Counted from the stretch's first letter, positions 43,378 through 59,772 are shown. The stretch is 64,000 nt of DNA from the human T2T-CHM13v2.0 reference genome, Homo sapiens (GCF_009914755.1 NC_060927.1); one strand, 5' to 3'. Program-made: numbers and translations. Notes: generated by a model not told the origin, from the letters alone.

Positions 43378-45686
43378 CTCACTCCAGTAATGTCTATGTC
43401 CCATTGGTTTATATCCGCCAGGGCACAGAAAAAGAACAAGCAAGACATACACCAAACCAATAATAGCAGGTACCCCTGGGGAATGGGGAAGGCTTATGTG
43501 GATGGGGATGGGGATGGGTGGTGATGGTATGGGTGTGGGGGTGGTGATCAAAAGTGAATTTAGCCATAATCCCTAATTGTTTTCATTTTTAAATGAAAAG
43601 AATATATTCCTATATCACTTAGAAAATTAAAAATTAATTTTTAAAAGACTTTAAAAGGGTTCAACCCCTTTAGAGGGCAATCTGGCAAAATCTATGGAAA
43701 TTAAAGATGCATTAAAGAAAGACTACTGAGCAACTAAAAGAAATTCTGGGAAAACAGCGTGGGTGTAAACGGCTGTCTGAGGTGAAGGCCTGTAGTCTTG
43801 CTGTCAAAGGAGAGGCTTCCTAGCGCACCCTGCCATCTCTGCACACAGGGGCTGCTTTCCAAAGCACCACCACATAGACATCCCTGTGATACAGCACAGT
43901 TCAAAACTGCACCCATTCAGGAGAGCCAGCAGCAAGTGGTCACCAGGAGGAAATTCCACCACTTCACAGCCATTCACAGGCAGGGCTCCTGTATGACACT
44001 AGAGTGGAAATCACGTGGGTGTCAGAAATTGAAGAGGATTCCTTGGCCCAGCCAGGCATAAGGCAACAAGAGTGGTACTGCAGCTAAAGGCTGGCAGAAC
44101 GTGCTGTCTCTTCTAGGTGGCTGGTGGTATTGGGGAGTGGGAATTAGAGACCAAGGCTCCCAGCTCCTTGTCCAGGGCTCATGTACACAGCTAATCTGCA
44201 CTGGTGGAGGAGGGAGCAGAGCCCTCCTGGCCCACTTATGAGGCTGTTCTACCAAAGAGGGGCCCCTGAAGTCCCTGTGAGAGCAGGACTGTCCAGAAAA
44301 TGCATAAAGCAGGCACTTCCACACTGAACTCCTGAGATACATGCATCTCACCAGTTTCTAACTGTGTATTTGCTGCAACGTTTTAAATAAATTTCTAAGA
44401 TTCTTATATAGCATTAAAAGCAATTTCTGCTACCATTAACCATCTGTGTATGATTCACCTTAAATTTAAAAGTGAAAAAAATGAAAGAGGATTTGGTTTT
44501 CCCCAGGTGTGCAACTGTGATTTGGTAAGCAAACTTCAATAGCTTATTTTTATTTTTCTTTCCAACATACCCTTCCAAGGGTAGGGTACTGTGGCGCATA
44601 CATTCAAAATGTAAAACAATAAACTGATTTCAATCTGGAACAAACTAATCCCAAAAGAATAAACCAATTCTGAACCCTAACCTTTTTGCCTTAATACTTG
44701 GTCAGAGACTAGACTCATGTTCTCATTTCCTCCCCAAACAAAAGACATATTAAGAGGAACTAAGGCAGATGATTCCAGACCTTTGAAAAGAAGACTTGGT
44801 CAAGACACACTGTCATACGTACCATGTGAGGTCTCAAACAACAAAAATCAGGATGAGGGAGAGGGGGTTCTAAAATCTAAAATCCAGCTGTTCTGTTACA
44901 TGGAAACAGGCTATATGAGGTTATTTAGAAATATCCATTGAGATTTCAAATGAATAGACTAAAAAACTATAATCATTTTAAATAAGTCAATGCTGTATCC
45001 ATTAAGTACAACATTCACAGGATGAACAAAAGGAAGACAAGTTGGTCTGTAAGCAACTCACAGCCCAGATCGATTCTAGGGAATAATCTTTAGCATAGAA
45101 TCTAATAAGTACCATCTCTGGTTCTGGAACAAGAAGTTCTATAACAAGAAAGGAAGCTCTGGTTCATTTCTTCAAATAATTAACTCAGTTACATCTGAAC
45201 TGAAAGGGGCACAAAAGATCAAGAAAAATAGGCATTACAAATTTTTTAGATGAACCATGGAAAATTACATCTCAGCCTATGGTTTCTTGGAAAAGCAAAT
45301 CTAATGCATATTGGGGGAATAGGTGAGCAAGTAATAGGCGTTCTCCTGCCTTTGGGAATTAGCTCCTCAATTTGAAATGAAAGGATTATTACACTGAAGA
45401 ATGGCTGAAAGGGAGAGGAAGGGGGAAAAATCCCTAAACCCCTTGAGGACAGATGCTGGCTGCCCAGCCTTGAAGTCAGCACTCTGTGATGGTGCAGCTA
45501 TGGCCTCACAGAGGAAGAGCTGAAGGCAGAAGGCACAGTCACACAGAAACTCTCTCCTTGCCACTAATCCTATGAAAAACAGCATTAAATCCACTAGCAA
45601 AGCCCTATAGAGCTGCCAGAGGGAGTTTCTGGGCTTCTCAGCACTGGAGGTGGGGAGTGAGGTGGTGGTGGGGAGACCATGGTTGC

Positions 45687-46221
45687 TGTGGCAAACACAC
45701 TCTAAGATGACCCCCACAACAATCCCCACCTCCTGGTGTTCACACTTTTGTGCAATCCAGCCCTTTCAGTGGGGGCAGGGCCTGTGACTTGCACCTACTC
45801 AATAAAACATGGTAAAGGTGATGGATGTCACTCCTGTGATGGCATTATGTTATATGACTCCCTCTGAGCTAGAGAATCCCTTACTGGCTTTGAAGAAGAA
45901 AGCTTCAGGAAGAAGGAGAGAGCCACATGGCAAGAAATTGTGGGTAGTCCCTGGCCAACAGCTGCAAGAAAACAGAGATCCCAGTCCTACAACTACAAGG
46001 AGATGATTCCTGCCAACAAACTGAGGGAGGCTGGAAGTGGGGCTTTCCTCAGTTGAGCCTCTGATGAGACTGCAGCCTGAGCCAACACTGATATTACAGC
46101 CTGATAAAATTCTGAAGCAAAGAACCCTGATAAACTACAGAAACCATATGATAATAAATACGTACCATTTTGAACCATGAAATGTGTTATCATTTATTAC
46201 AGAGCATAGAAAACTAATACC
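45687..46221. mobile_element. MaLR LTR (MLT1E-like)
   Basis: tgtggcaaacacactctaagatgacccc...tcctgccaacaaactgagggag...gcatagaaaactaatac. Confidence 0.8.
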
Positions 46222-47219
46222 AAAAAAAGAAAACAGAAAACTAACACAGTTCCTGAGGAGGAAGACATGGCAGTTTCATGCTTAGAACAGGCCACCCACT
46301 GGTGACCAGGCCTAGGCCCAAACCCACAAAATCCAGCCAGACATCTGAAAGCAGCTCCATCAGGTGAGGAGTGTTCTGTGTCCCTGAGGGCAAGGACTAT
46401 CCTGGGAGACAGAAGTGGACATGTCCTAGAAGTGACCTCCAGGGCTGTGGCCTGGTTGTCCAAGATACCACAGGACAAAGGAATAAATATTCCGCTATCA
46501 ATCTAGTTTCTATGGAAGAAGCATTAACCTGAAACTCCCAGCTGAGCAGGCATTGCCACCTTCCTATGGGGTAGTGGAAATACCAGGTATGCTCCCCAAA
46601 GGGCCATGTCATTGTATCATCCTGGAAAAGAATATGGGAAACCACCAAACTTCCCCTGGACAGAAGTCCAGATGACTTCCACTTTTGGAAAGGACAGAGA
46701 GATCTGGTTTTAAACAGTAAGAAAAAGAAAACACAGAATGCATTTCTGGAGACGTACACAGGGTTAACTAACAGCAAAAGCCCCCCCAACCTACTTTATC
46801 TGGAAATTAACACTAAGCACTCTCCAATTAAATAAAGACACTCTGAGGAGAGCATGACTAATAATAAAATATGCTTCCCCATCACTCGCCATCCCCAACT
46901 TGGTATGATAATTCCAATAGATTTATTAGTTAGAGGCTACCGGTGTTAGAGCTAACTAGAGGCAGGTAATACACCAGCTGTGAGCCTTTGGGCAATTTAC
47001 TTAAACTTTCTGTGCTTCAGTTTCTTTCACTAATGAATGGGATATTATACGGAGCTACCTCTTAACATTGCTGTAAGGATTAAATAGGACAAAAAGAAGC
47101 AAAGCCCTTAGCACAGAGGTACAACATCCAGGCTCAACAAATCCTACCTGCTACTGATCTGTTATTATCATCTATAATTGTGTTCTTACTTTTCCTTCCT
47201 AGCACTTTTCACAGTTCAT

Positions 47220-48700
<1,481 letters not shown>

Positions 48701-48959
48701 CAAGAGAAGGGTTAAGAATTTAATTTTGGGACCCTCCACCATGAAGAGGGTGGGGTGAAAAGAGGAACAAACAGCCAAGGAGCTAAAGAAAGAATAACCA
48801 GGGAAGAAGGAAGAAAACAAAGAGAACACGTTTGTTTTCCTGGAAGCAAGGAAGCAAGGAAGCAAGTCAAGGAGAAGGGTATGAGACATCCTGTCAATTT
48901 CCTCAATTAACAAATTTATAATCTTCTCTCCAAGTTACTTATCCTCTTGAAATCCCAAG

Positions 48960-49160
48960 AGGGAAACTGAATTTAATCCACCCTATGCAAATAGGTGTGA
49001 AGAAATCTGTTAATCTGTTTATCTGTTTATATGATTATCTGGCAGATAATCATATAAATTGGGCAGATTGTCAAATTTAAATTTTGATTTGGGTTCAGAA
49101 TAGCTTGGCTCCTTGAAAAAAAAAAATCATCATCTTGCTGCTGAGTCATTTCTCAGAAAC
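48960..49160. promoter_or_regulatory. Candidate intronic enhancer (octamer, GATA palindrome, MAF/NF-E2/BACH and STAT motifs)
   Basis: ATGCAAAT 48985-48992; palindrome 49026-49058; TGCTGAGTCAT 49139-49149; TTCTCAGAA 49150-49158. Motif evidence only. Confidence 0.35.
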
Positions 49161-49469
49161 AGCCTGGGGAAAAATTAACTAAAAAGAGCTCTGACCCATC
49201 TTACATCTTGGGACCCCCCACTTACACAGAGCACTGGAGATTTGAGAGGCTGTATTTCACCATTCCAAAGGAATTTTCTGAAAGGAGTGAGAATAAAAGG
49301 GTACTACTGGCAGAGATGTGATTTCCTGAAAATCAAGAATGAATAGGACAAAATGAACTCGAATCCTTAGAGTGTAGCAACATAGTTTTAATAATGCACA
49401 TAAACAGAGTGGTTCTGATTGCTGGAGGCAATGGAGAAGCAACTAAGACATCTGAGCCCCGTTAAGTTT

Positions 49470-49725
49470 TAAAAAGCCATCACAACATGACAACTAAATG
49501 CAGTATAGTACCCTGGATTGGATCCTGGAACTGAAAAAGGACATTAATAGAAAAATGGTAAAATCTACGGTTTAATTAACAGTGAAGTACCAATGTCAAT
49601 TTCTTAGTTTGACAAACATAGTATGGTAATGTAAGATATTAATGGTGGTGGGAAACTTGGGGAAGTGCATATGAGAATTCTCTGGAATACCTTTGCAACT
49701 TTTCTGTTAAATCTCAAGTTATTCC
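49470..49725 (+). mobile_element. Old L1M 3' fragment
   Basis: acatgacaactaaatgca...ctggattggatcctggaac...ttgcaacttttctg. Confidence 0.65.
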
Positions 49726-49984
49726 TAGGCAGGGTATGTTGTATCTGCCACTCTCCTAGAGATTTTCCTTGGGACATAACTGAACAAGTCCATGGAAAAG
49801 GGAAAAATAGAAAGAATGACTTATAAAGATGAGTAATGTAGACTCTTGTATTCTAAGAGGAAAATAAACCTTCAAGGAAAAAGACCAGGGATAATGAAAT
49901 GAAAGAATGGGGTCTATGCTTCCTCTGGTCAGAAAAACTCAAAACTACTTCCAACTTCTTGCTTTCCTTACTTTTAAAAATTTT

Positions 49985-50445
49985 TTTATTATGATAAAAT
50001 ACACATCACATAACATTTACCATTTTAATCATTTTTAAGTGTACAATTCAGTGGCGTTAAGTACCTTCACAATGTTGTGCAACCACCATCACTACCCATT
50101 TCCAGAACTTGTTTTTCTTTTTCTTTTTTTTTTTTTTTTTGAGACAGGGTCTCACTCTGTTGCCCAGGCTGAAGTGCGGTGGCATGATCAAGGGCTCACT
50201 GCAGCCTCAACTTCCTGGGCTCAAGCAATCCTCCCACCTCAGCCCCCCAAGTAGCTGGGACTACAGGCACATGCTACCATGTCTGGCTAATTTTTTTTTT
50301 TTTGAATTTTAGTAAAGATGAGTTCTCCCTACGTTGCCCAGGCCATCAAGTGATCCTCCCGCCTCAGCCTCCTAAAGTGCTGAGAATACAGGCATCAGCC
50401 ACCGCACCCGGCCTCCAGAACTTCTCTGTCATTCCAAACAGTCCT
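49985..50445 (-). mobile_element. L1MB-type 3' end containing a nested AluJ (50112-50413, minus)
   Basis: tttaagtgtacaattcagtggc...gttgtgcaaccacc; the Alu is flanked by TSD tccagaactt. Confidence 0.82.
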
Positions 50446-50897
50446 CATTTCTTTAACACCTTATATCTAGAACTTGGGCCAAAACTGAATGTGAACAAGT
50501 AAAAAAACCACACACACATTAAATAATGCTTGTCAGACAAACATATGAAAGTAGATTTGGACACTGAGCACTTGTACACAAATGTCAACACAACTGGCCA
50601 CAGATGTCAGGGTCGTTTCAGAACATGATAAAAGACCCCTATTCTGTGTCAGGTTGACCTCATTACTCATACACAAACATCAACTGTAAAACTGTGTGCA
50701 AACTCAGAGATGTACCTGGAGATCTTCACTCACCACCACCCTAGCGTCTGCCAAGGGTGGTGTAGTCATTCTCCAGGCAGGGGAAGGGTCAGATGGCCAA
50801 ACTAGCGCTGTAAACTCAAACGCCCATGGGCAACGAGTGAAAGATTCTTTCTGAAACCAAAGCACATAATCTAGACATTTTGTTCTCATATAAAAGC

Positions 50898-51120
50898 CTG
50901 CAGCTTTGGCCTTCCAGCTCAAGCAATCCTCCCACCTCACCCTCCTAAGTAGCTGGGACTACAGGCGTGTACCACCACACCCAGCTAATATTTATATTTT
51001 TTATAGAGACAGGGTTTTGCCATGTTGCCCAGGCTGGTCTCAAATTCCTGGGCTCAAGTGAACCTCCAGCTCGGCATCCCAAAGTTCTGGGATTACAGGT
51101 GTGAGCAACCATGCCCGGCC
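50898..51120 (-). mobile_element. Partial AluJ-type SINE
   Basis: Left arm plus part of the right arm; no tail. Confidence 0.85.
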
Positions 51121-53924
51121 TTGTCTGACCCATTTAAACAGCCCCTCACTCTGCTCTCACAGTGGTGGGACCTAACCCTTTCCTAAGACATTAAAATAGC
51201 ATTGTTGTAACAAGTACTGCTAACACTTATGAGTGCTTTCAATATTGGTAATTATCACAGGCAAAACAGTTAACCCTCAAATCACTGACAAAGTGCCAAG
51301 TAGTAAGTTGAATATGCATTTTGGTCTCATGGGAAGATCTAAAATGAGGCCACTAAAAAACAATTGCCTGTCGAAAAACTATTATAAACTATACTTCTAA
51401 AAAATAAGCATGTGACTAAAAACTATGATACACATTACTTTTAAATAATAAACATGTAATAAATCCCATTTTGGCTCATAAATCCCTTAGATCTCTTCAA
51501 AGACCATGAGTTTAAACGATGTCTTCTTTTTCCCAGGACAACAGGCAGTTATGAAAAGGAGAGAGAATGTGCAGTTCATCAGTAGGGTTATTTTTGCTTC
51601 ATTTAGAAATAATCAAAAAAAAATGGTGACAAACACAAACAGATTACTAGGCACTTCTCCAGCCAGGAAAAAAAATACTAAACGTCAGTTGACAAAAACA
51701 AATTCTCTATCTCTGGGAAACAGGAAGGAATTTTAAGATTTTTGTTTCCCAAAGCAACACCAAGCTCAAATAGAATAATCAGAACAGCTTATTTTTTTTT
51801 TTTTAAAGAAGTATTAGGGAGAGAAATGAGCTAGAGATCTGAAAGAGATTTGTCAATGAAAGAAAAAGAAAGCTATTCCTAGTTTCATTAACTTACGTAT
51901 AACTAATGACAATAAAAATCTCCACTTATTCATTTGTCTATCCATCACCTGCTTGACTGCTGACCACATATGAGGGATTGAAGGCACTGCCCTCAAGTCT
52001 AGATCCTGCCCTCAAGTCTAGATAGACTGTGTATAAACAGAAGTGCTATGAGAATTCAATTATTTCCAGTGTCAAGGATCAGGGGAAAATTTAAGGAGCA
52101 AGGCGTGTGTGGGCTGAGTCTTTGAGTCTGTATGGAAGTTAGTCATGGGACAATGGATAAAAGGACATTCTAGGCCTGAGAACAGAAATTAATGAAGACC
52201 TAGATTGAGAAAAGCATGAGTTATATGATGGAAATAATAAATAGGTCAGTTAGGCAAAAGGTGTGTGAAGGTGCGGGTTGCCTGTAACTCAGCAGAGGCT
52301 GTAATGATGAGCCTAGGGAACGTGTGGGTGAATCCACTGTTAGAACGAGTCTGTGACTGTGGGCTCTGCAGTGACCGGGGCAGAATAGTGGGAAACAAAG
52401 TTACTGAGAAAGGACGGTACTCGCCTTAACTGTGAAGTAAAGAAGAGTCATGGGTGGCCTTAGAGAGAAAGATACTATGACAGATTCTGGGAAGATTAAG
52501 CAGGCGGCAGTGTGTATGATGTAGGAAGGGGGGAAGAATATTTTAGGACAGCAGCAATGAGAACTGTACTGAGATTTTTGTCGAAGGGAGTGGGTGGACG
52601 GAAGAGCAGTATTTCTTGTCCCTGCAATTGGTGGTGGTTGTGGGCAGGGGAATAACCTGCACCTTCCCAGAGATGCTCCCAGTACAATAGGGAAAAGGTT
52701 TCCCATAATTTTATGAACCCTCTTTGCAAAATGAACCAAATCTACACAAATACAATGAGCCTGTTGGAGTTAAAAGTTTCCCCTATAGCAAAACTGAAGA
52801 AATACTTGAGGAAAAAATAGTCAAGTAAACAAATCCTAGCAAATCTTTAAATAAAGCACCTCAGTATAGGGTCCCCCAGGGGAGTTGTGAAGTAGGAAGC
52901 ACAACGAAGGAGAAGAATTTACCCACAGATGAGTCACTGTCCTTTCTTCCGATGTTCCCTTCCCCTTCTAGCAGAAGACATTCAGCACTTCTGTTGAAAA
53001 AAGTTTGGTATCTCTGGGAACATTCTGGACATGATGGGGGAGATGTGCAAAGGATACTCCCACTACACACTCTCTCAGGGAGCTGTGCATGCCTACTGGG
53101 GAGATGTTACCAGGGACATCTAACTATCCGACCCTGCTATTTATTCTAGAGAAATCATCCTGTCTTGCTGCTTACTGTCAGGGCTGGCTCCCTGGGAGAC
53201 AAACTATCAGCCACTGTGCACTACAAGGAGTGCACTGTTAACCGTAAAGACCAAGAGGAAAACAGACAAACTTTGCCTCGGTGCTCCCTGTCTAATGGAG
53301 TTGTGAAAGAATTTCAATGCCCAGTGAGCTGGGCTGCAGAAAAGAGGAGAGCAGCCACACAGAATGGGAGCTGGGGGAGGGTCCTGCTTTCTCTGGAATG
53401 CTGCAAGTCTCTCCTTTACATTGACAGATGTAGAAAGAACTAATATTAGTAGCGATGCATAATTAATAATATTTTATCACAAATAGAATACTGAATAAAA
53501 GCAGTCTGCCTGACATTTACTGGTTCAGAAAAGTCACATATCTGCAAACAAAAATAGCAATAATAGCTACATAGGAATGGTGTTCATGAGACTCTCTCAT
53601 GGGACCTGTCCAGTTAGGTTACAAGAAGCCTCTTCTCTACGTGCATTGAATGCACATGTTCCACATTAAACTTTGCTGATTGTTTTCTTCCTTCCCAAAT
53701 CATCCCACCTATACCCACTAACTGAGTTAGGTGATAGAAATGTTCTATATCTGTACAGTCCAGTAAAATAGCCACTACGGTTTTGCTACAGCATGTTTTG
53801 CTACTGAGCACCTGAAATTCAGCCAGTGCAACTGAAGAATTGAATTTTTATTCTTACTTAATTTTAACAATTTAAATGGCTATACATGGCTAATGGCTGT
53901 GTTACAGGAAAAGACAGCTTAATT

Positions 53925-54080
53925 CTGTTCTCAAACTTTAATGTATGTGCAAATCATCTGGAACCTCGTTAAAGTACAGACTCTGATTCGACAGGTCTGG
54001 GTAGGCCTGAGAGTCTGTGTCTCTAAGAGCTCCCAGGTGATGCTGATGCTGCTGGTGCATGGACCACACTTTGAGTAGCA
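53925..54080. mobile_element. MER5-family MITE, adjacent to a MER3-like relic at ~53750-53920
   Basis: gttctcaaacttt...ggtgatgctgatgctgctggt...accacactttgagtagcaag. Confidence 0.8.
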
Positions 54081-54445
54081 AGATTCCGACTGCTTCAGGA
54101 ACCACCAGTTCCAGTGTGTCTCAAATGCTGAGTGGATCAATTGTCTCCAAATTTTTCTGATCACACAGCGTGCCAGAAAAAAATTCCTGAGTACCACTGT
54201 ACTAACATCTTACATATGTTATAAAACAAAACATACAAAACAGAAAATCGTAAACAACAGAAATGATGAAATAAGCAATATTTTATAATGATGATCACAG
54301 TAAGTTCACACTATTAATAGCTAATACCTCAAGGCAAAATATACACTTGAAATGAGATTCATTGTTAACATAATGGAACTATAACACACTTTTCAAAAAG
54401 TCTTCTTGATAATTCCAAATTTCTAAATCAGATCTGAACAGGTAG

Positions 54446-54763
<318 letters not shown>

Positions 54764-55462
54764 CAACATTGGTGTTTTAATCTCATACTGCGTCCCACAA
54801 AGCTCTTATGGGCAGAGACGGGTCAGTGTAGCCATTTCCACATGAGAGAGAGAAGGATTTTACATTTACATTACGGGTATTCTCTTCAATCTGCAATCAC
54901 TTCATAGAAATTTTTTAAAGCCATGTGTATATTTCATGAGAGTTAATTTAGCTAAAATTACAAAAAGCGATCCACTAATTCACCTTACTGAGATCTCAGC
55001 TGAAAGTGCTTCCCTGAACCCAGCCCTTCTGCAGGCCCCTCCTGCTCCATACAGCACATGTGACCTCTGACATACACACCAAGCCAGGACACCACCTTCA
55101 ACCTGAATGCTAAATATTATGACACATCATCTCTCTCCTAATTTTTCAATAAAATATATAAAAATAGACACCTCAGTTCTCCTTCAACATTAAATATGTC
55201 TACCCCACTTTGGTAACCACTGTTTAGATAGTACATAGAATTTCCAGAATTATTATGAAGCTCTCAAATAAAATTTACCTCCAATAATAATATTGAACAT
55301 TATGTTCTTGAAAACACAAGGTGGAAATTCTTCTTAAATTAGTGTGTTAATGTAACTACAATTTCAACAGAGTTTACCAGGAACTGAAGAAATTATTTCA
55401 GGCTTTACATGGAAAAATCAACGTACAAAAGTTATCAAGATCCTAAAAAAGAATAGTGCCCT

Positions 55463-55784
<322 letters not shown>

Positions 55785-55998
55785 TTACAAATTTATTATC
55801 ATCAAAATAACATGGTTCTGGCACAAAAATCAATAAGTAGATCAAAGAAACAATAAAGAATCAGGAATAGATTGGGATGTACATATAGAAATCCTAACTA
55901 TAATAAAGGTGGCATTTATTCAATGGCAAAGTTAGGTTAACTTAATAAGTGCTCTTGGCAAAGGTGGCTACCTAGAAGAAAATAAAAGTTAGACTCCT

Positions 55999-56320
<322 letters not shown>

Positions 56321-56327
56321 CTAACCC

Positions 56328-56535
56328 ACTGGTTCTCAAATCGGGGCAGTTTTGTCCTTCCACAGACATTAGGCAATGTCTGGAATCTGTCACAACTGCA
56401 GGGATGGGGGGTTTGCTGGTAGAATCTTGTGGGTAGACACCAGAGAGTCTACTAAATATCCTACAATGTACAGGACAGTCCCACACACAATTGTCTGATC
56501 CAAAATGTCAATAGTACCAAGGCTGAGAAATTCTA
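56328..56535. mobile_element. MER20 hAT-Charlie MITE
   Basis: ggttctcaaatcggggcagttttg...ggcaatgtctgga...caaaatgtcaatagtaccaaggctgagaaa. Confidence 0.82.
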
Positions 56536-58969
56536 TCCTTACCTACCTTAACCCTCACAGCTAAACAATTAAAGAGGAATGCTATTAGAAGACAGGTGCC
56601 AATGTGAAAACCGGTTTCTCCACTCATGAAACGTGTGGACACTGGCTTGGACAAGTACCACTCTGAGTCTCATTTCCTTCATCTTGGCTTAGGGGAATAA
56701 AGATAATATATATCATGAAGCAATGAACAAGGACTCCAGCCAGCCACAGCAGTAAATAAATGGTAGCTATGATGGCTATTATCAAAAATGAGAAATCATA
56801 TGAAGAAGTACCTGCAAACACATAAATGTTCTTTACAAGAAAAGGGGGCATTATGTTCCTAAGAGATCCAGGTTGCTTGATGGAGTAATTTTGGAGACTT
56901 AAACTATAGCAATATATTACAAATTCCCCACGAACAGGAATCGTGTCCATCTCATTCTCTCTAACAAAGACTGCTACCTTAGCGGACCCAAAAGACACGT
57001 AATAAATACATTTTTATTTTGTTTTTAGGGAGCAGAGAGAAAATAACACACTGATAATCGTAGAACCATTATTTGCATATAATCATTTGGTGCAGAAACT
57101 GAAAAGACCCAGCCAGCCTGCTGAATGGGGCCATTTGGGGAGCTCTAAGTGGTTTGCAGTTGTAGCCCTATGTTCTGAAACCAGCTGGGGAATTAGCAAA
57201 GCTTCTGGTCCCACAGTGTAGCCATGGGGACTGGGGATGTTACAAAGCCCAGAAAATTCTCAGAATTCTCTGAGGATGTTTCTATAAGCTCTGGGGCCTC
57301 TGAGTTGAAAGATGATGTATTTCTGTGCCATGAGTCTCAAGATGGAACTTGAGTTCTATATTCACCACACACTCCCATTACCCACTCCAAACTTCGGACT
57401 GAGAAGTCGTTAATGACTTCTTCAGCCTCATTTTCCTAGACATAAAATGAGAAGTGGGGAATGAGGGAAGGTCATGGTATCTTTTGGTTACAAAACAGTG
57501 TATGTCTAAAACCTCTGCTGAAAGCACAGTAATGTTTTCGACAAATATTAACAACAGAAACAACCATCATGAGGACATAATGAGAATTAATTATAATACC
57601 GAAAACATACAGGAACAAAGCAAAGTGCTCTCAGACTCTCAGAAACAGGTGTTATGTGAATACAAGCTGCTAATTTGGTTTTTAAAGTCTTTGTAGCCAT
57701 TTTAAGTTCCAACTCATGGTCGATGATAGGAAGTGAATGAAATGATGTATTCATATTTATAGCATATTTATCATATTTTCATATACTTATAGCATCTTTA
57801 TAGCATTTACCTCTTTGTAAATGGTTCCATCTTTCAATCATTTAAAATATAAAATTTGGACAGATTTTAGAGACAATCATTATATAAAAATCTCATGAAC
57901 ATTTAAATCATTAATAATGTACTTATATACATCTAAACATTATATCTCACCTACTTCTGCATTCATATCTAAAAGTGTAAAACTCAATGACTAGTCTCAT
58001 CCAGGACCCATCACTGGTAATGCCCATTATATCTTTTTCAGCTTGAAAAACACACAAAAAAAATCTAAGTTACTTCTGATTGACAAAGAGGAAAAAATGT
58101 CAATTTTCAATTCAACAGAGTTGAATAGGTAGACTATTCAATACAAGACTCCCACAAAGATTTAAAGTAAGACAATCTGAGTTCCTATATTTAATATGAG
58201 ACAGACATATAAATAGAAAACTCCAACGCTTTAGTAAAATTATTTGCAACTAAATTACCTACACTTATGCATACGATTCTCAAAATCATGTCCCTGTAGT
58301 CTACCTTGCAATGCTACCAAATAAATCTTCCTAGAGAGTCAATTTTTACTTAAAGATTGTATGTACATGTGGGAAGAGGGGGCCTCTATTTTATTTAAAA
58401 ACAAATACAGACATTTCATGGTACTGAAGTATTCACCCAAGTTTTAAGATTAACAGGAAATTTCAAAGAAATTCAGTGCTTGTGCATTTGTTTGGGTACC
58501 TGCTCACTGTTCTCTGTCATTTCAAAATAGTTCTGGGGAGAGGGTGGAAATCACTAGTGTGCTAATTCTCTCTCTCAGAAGAAACAAACAAACAAAAAAT
58601 AAATAAAATGTGAGGAAAGACACAGGCCAATCAAGGGCAGCTATAGAACAGGAGTGGGGAAAATGAGCTCTCACACCAACCATGCACGTCTCCTTCTTGT
58701 TCTCTCCACCGGGGTAAAGGCCAATGCTTTGGAGGAAGAGAACAAGAGTAACTCGGCAAGCCATTTAGGAGTGTGGATTGGAAAAAATTCTTTCCCCCAA
58801 GAGAAGGTGGCTTTACGCTGGCATATGAGATTGAAAAGTGCAAACAAATAATTAACGGTGAATCCTGAAACTTCAACACACCAGAAAAGGGTGTCACTCC
58901 AGAGTGAGATGGGAAAATAAGAGGAATAAATTAAGGTAGTCTTGGTGATGCTGGACAGCTCCTCAGGGG

Positions 58970-59400
58970 GTACGGTGGCAGCCCGGAGAGCTAATCAAAT
59001 CCTCCACACCCCTCAGGAAGCTAGAGAAAACTGATGAGGAAAGATACCACACCAGAAACGAGGGGCAGCTGCCAGCAACGGGTGTTCGCCCCACCTAAAT
59101 CGGAATCCAAAATAACGACCCACATGCTAAACAAACACCTTCTCATTCCCCGCTCTGCCTTAAGCAAGAGCTCTGAATTCACCTTCCTCAATGTCTGCTC
59201 TCTGGGAATAAACCGGCGGCTGCAGTTTCCCATCACAGTAGCACGCATCAATCAGTGCTAAACCCACCGTTACTTTCTTCCCCACGTGTGATTCCAACAA
59301 TCAGCGCACTCTAGGGCTGATCCTCGGCCTCGCGTGTGAACATTTTCTAGGGCACACCCCAGTAGGCGCTACCACCCCCTGTGTATTTCGCTTAATTATG
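58970..59400. promoter_or_regulatory. CpG-enriched non-repeat patch; candidate enhancer or alternative promoter
   Basis: About 19 CpGs in ~430 bp by manual count against a CpG-poor background; CACGTG at 59283-59288. Confidence 0.35.
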
Positions 59401-59772
59401 AAACCTCTTTCTAGAAGCCCTATAATTCTCCCAAGAGTCAAGGTAATTGGTAAAAATTAGACATGAAAAGACACAAGGCCACTTAAAGAGGACACTTTCG
59501 ACTGTAATTTTTTAAAGGATTTTCTTTTTAGTTTCAGTATAATTTTGTACTTTCCCAATTTTGCCCTTTTCAAATGCCAAAGAAAATGTTCATATTATCT
59601 TGTAGGCTATAAAAAAAAGATAACATAATGCATTTGTACTTCACTTATGGTCCGCAAAGATTTCCTTTCTTTGAAGGCCATCCTTTGAATGTCTTTTAAA
59701 AGAAAAAGAAGAGTGAAAAATAATGGACATCTATTCTTGTGGCAAATCACTGTTATTTTGGCAATGAAAGGA

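Noticed and set aside
59362-59385. Possible CTCF site
   Set aside because: Only a partial match to the core motif; it cannot be called without a matrix scan.
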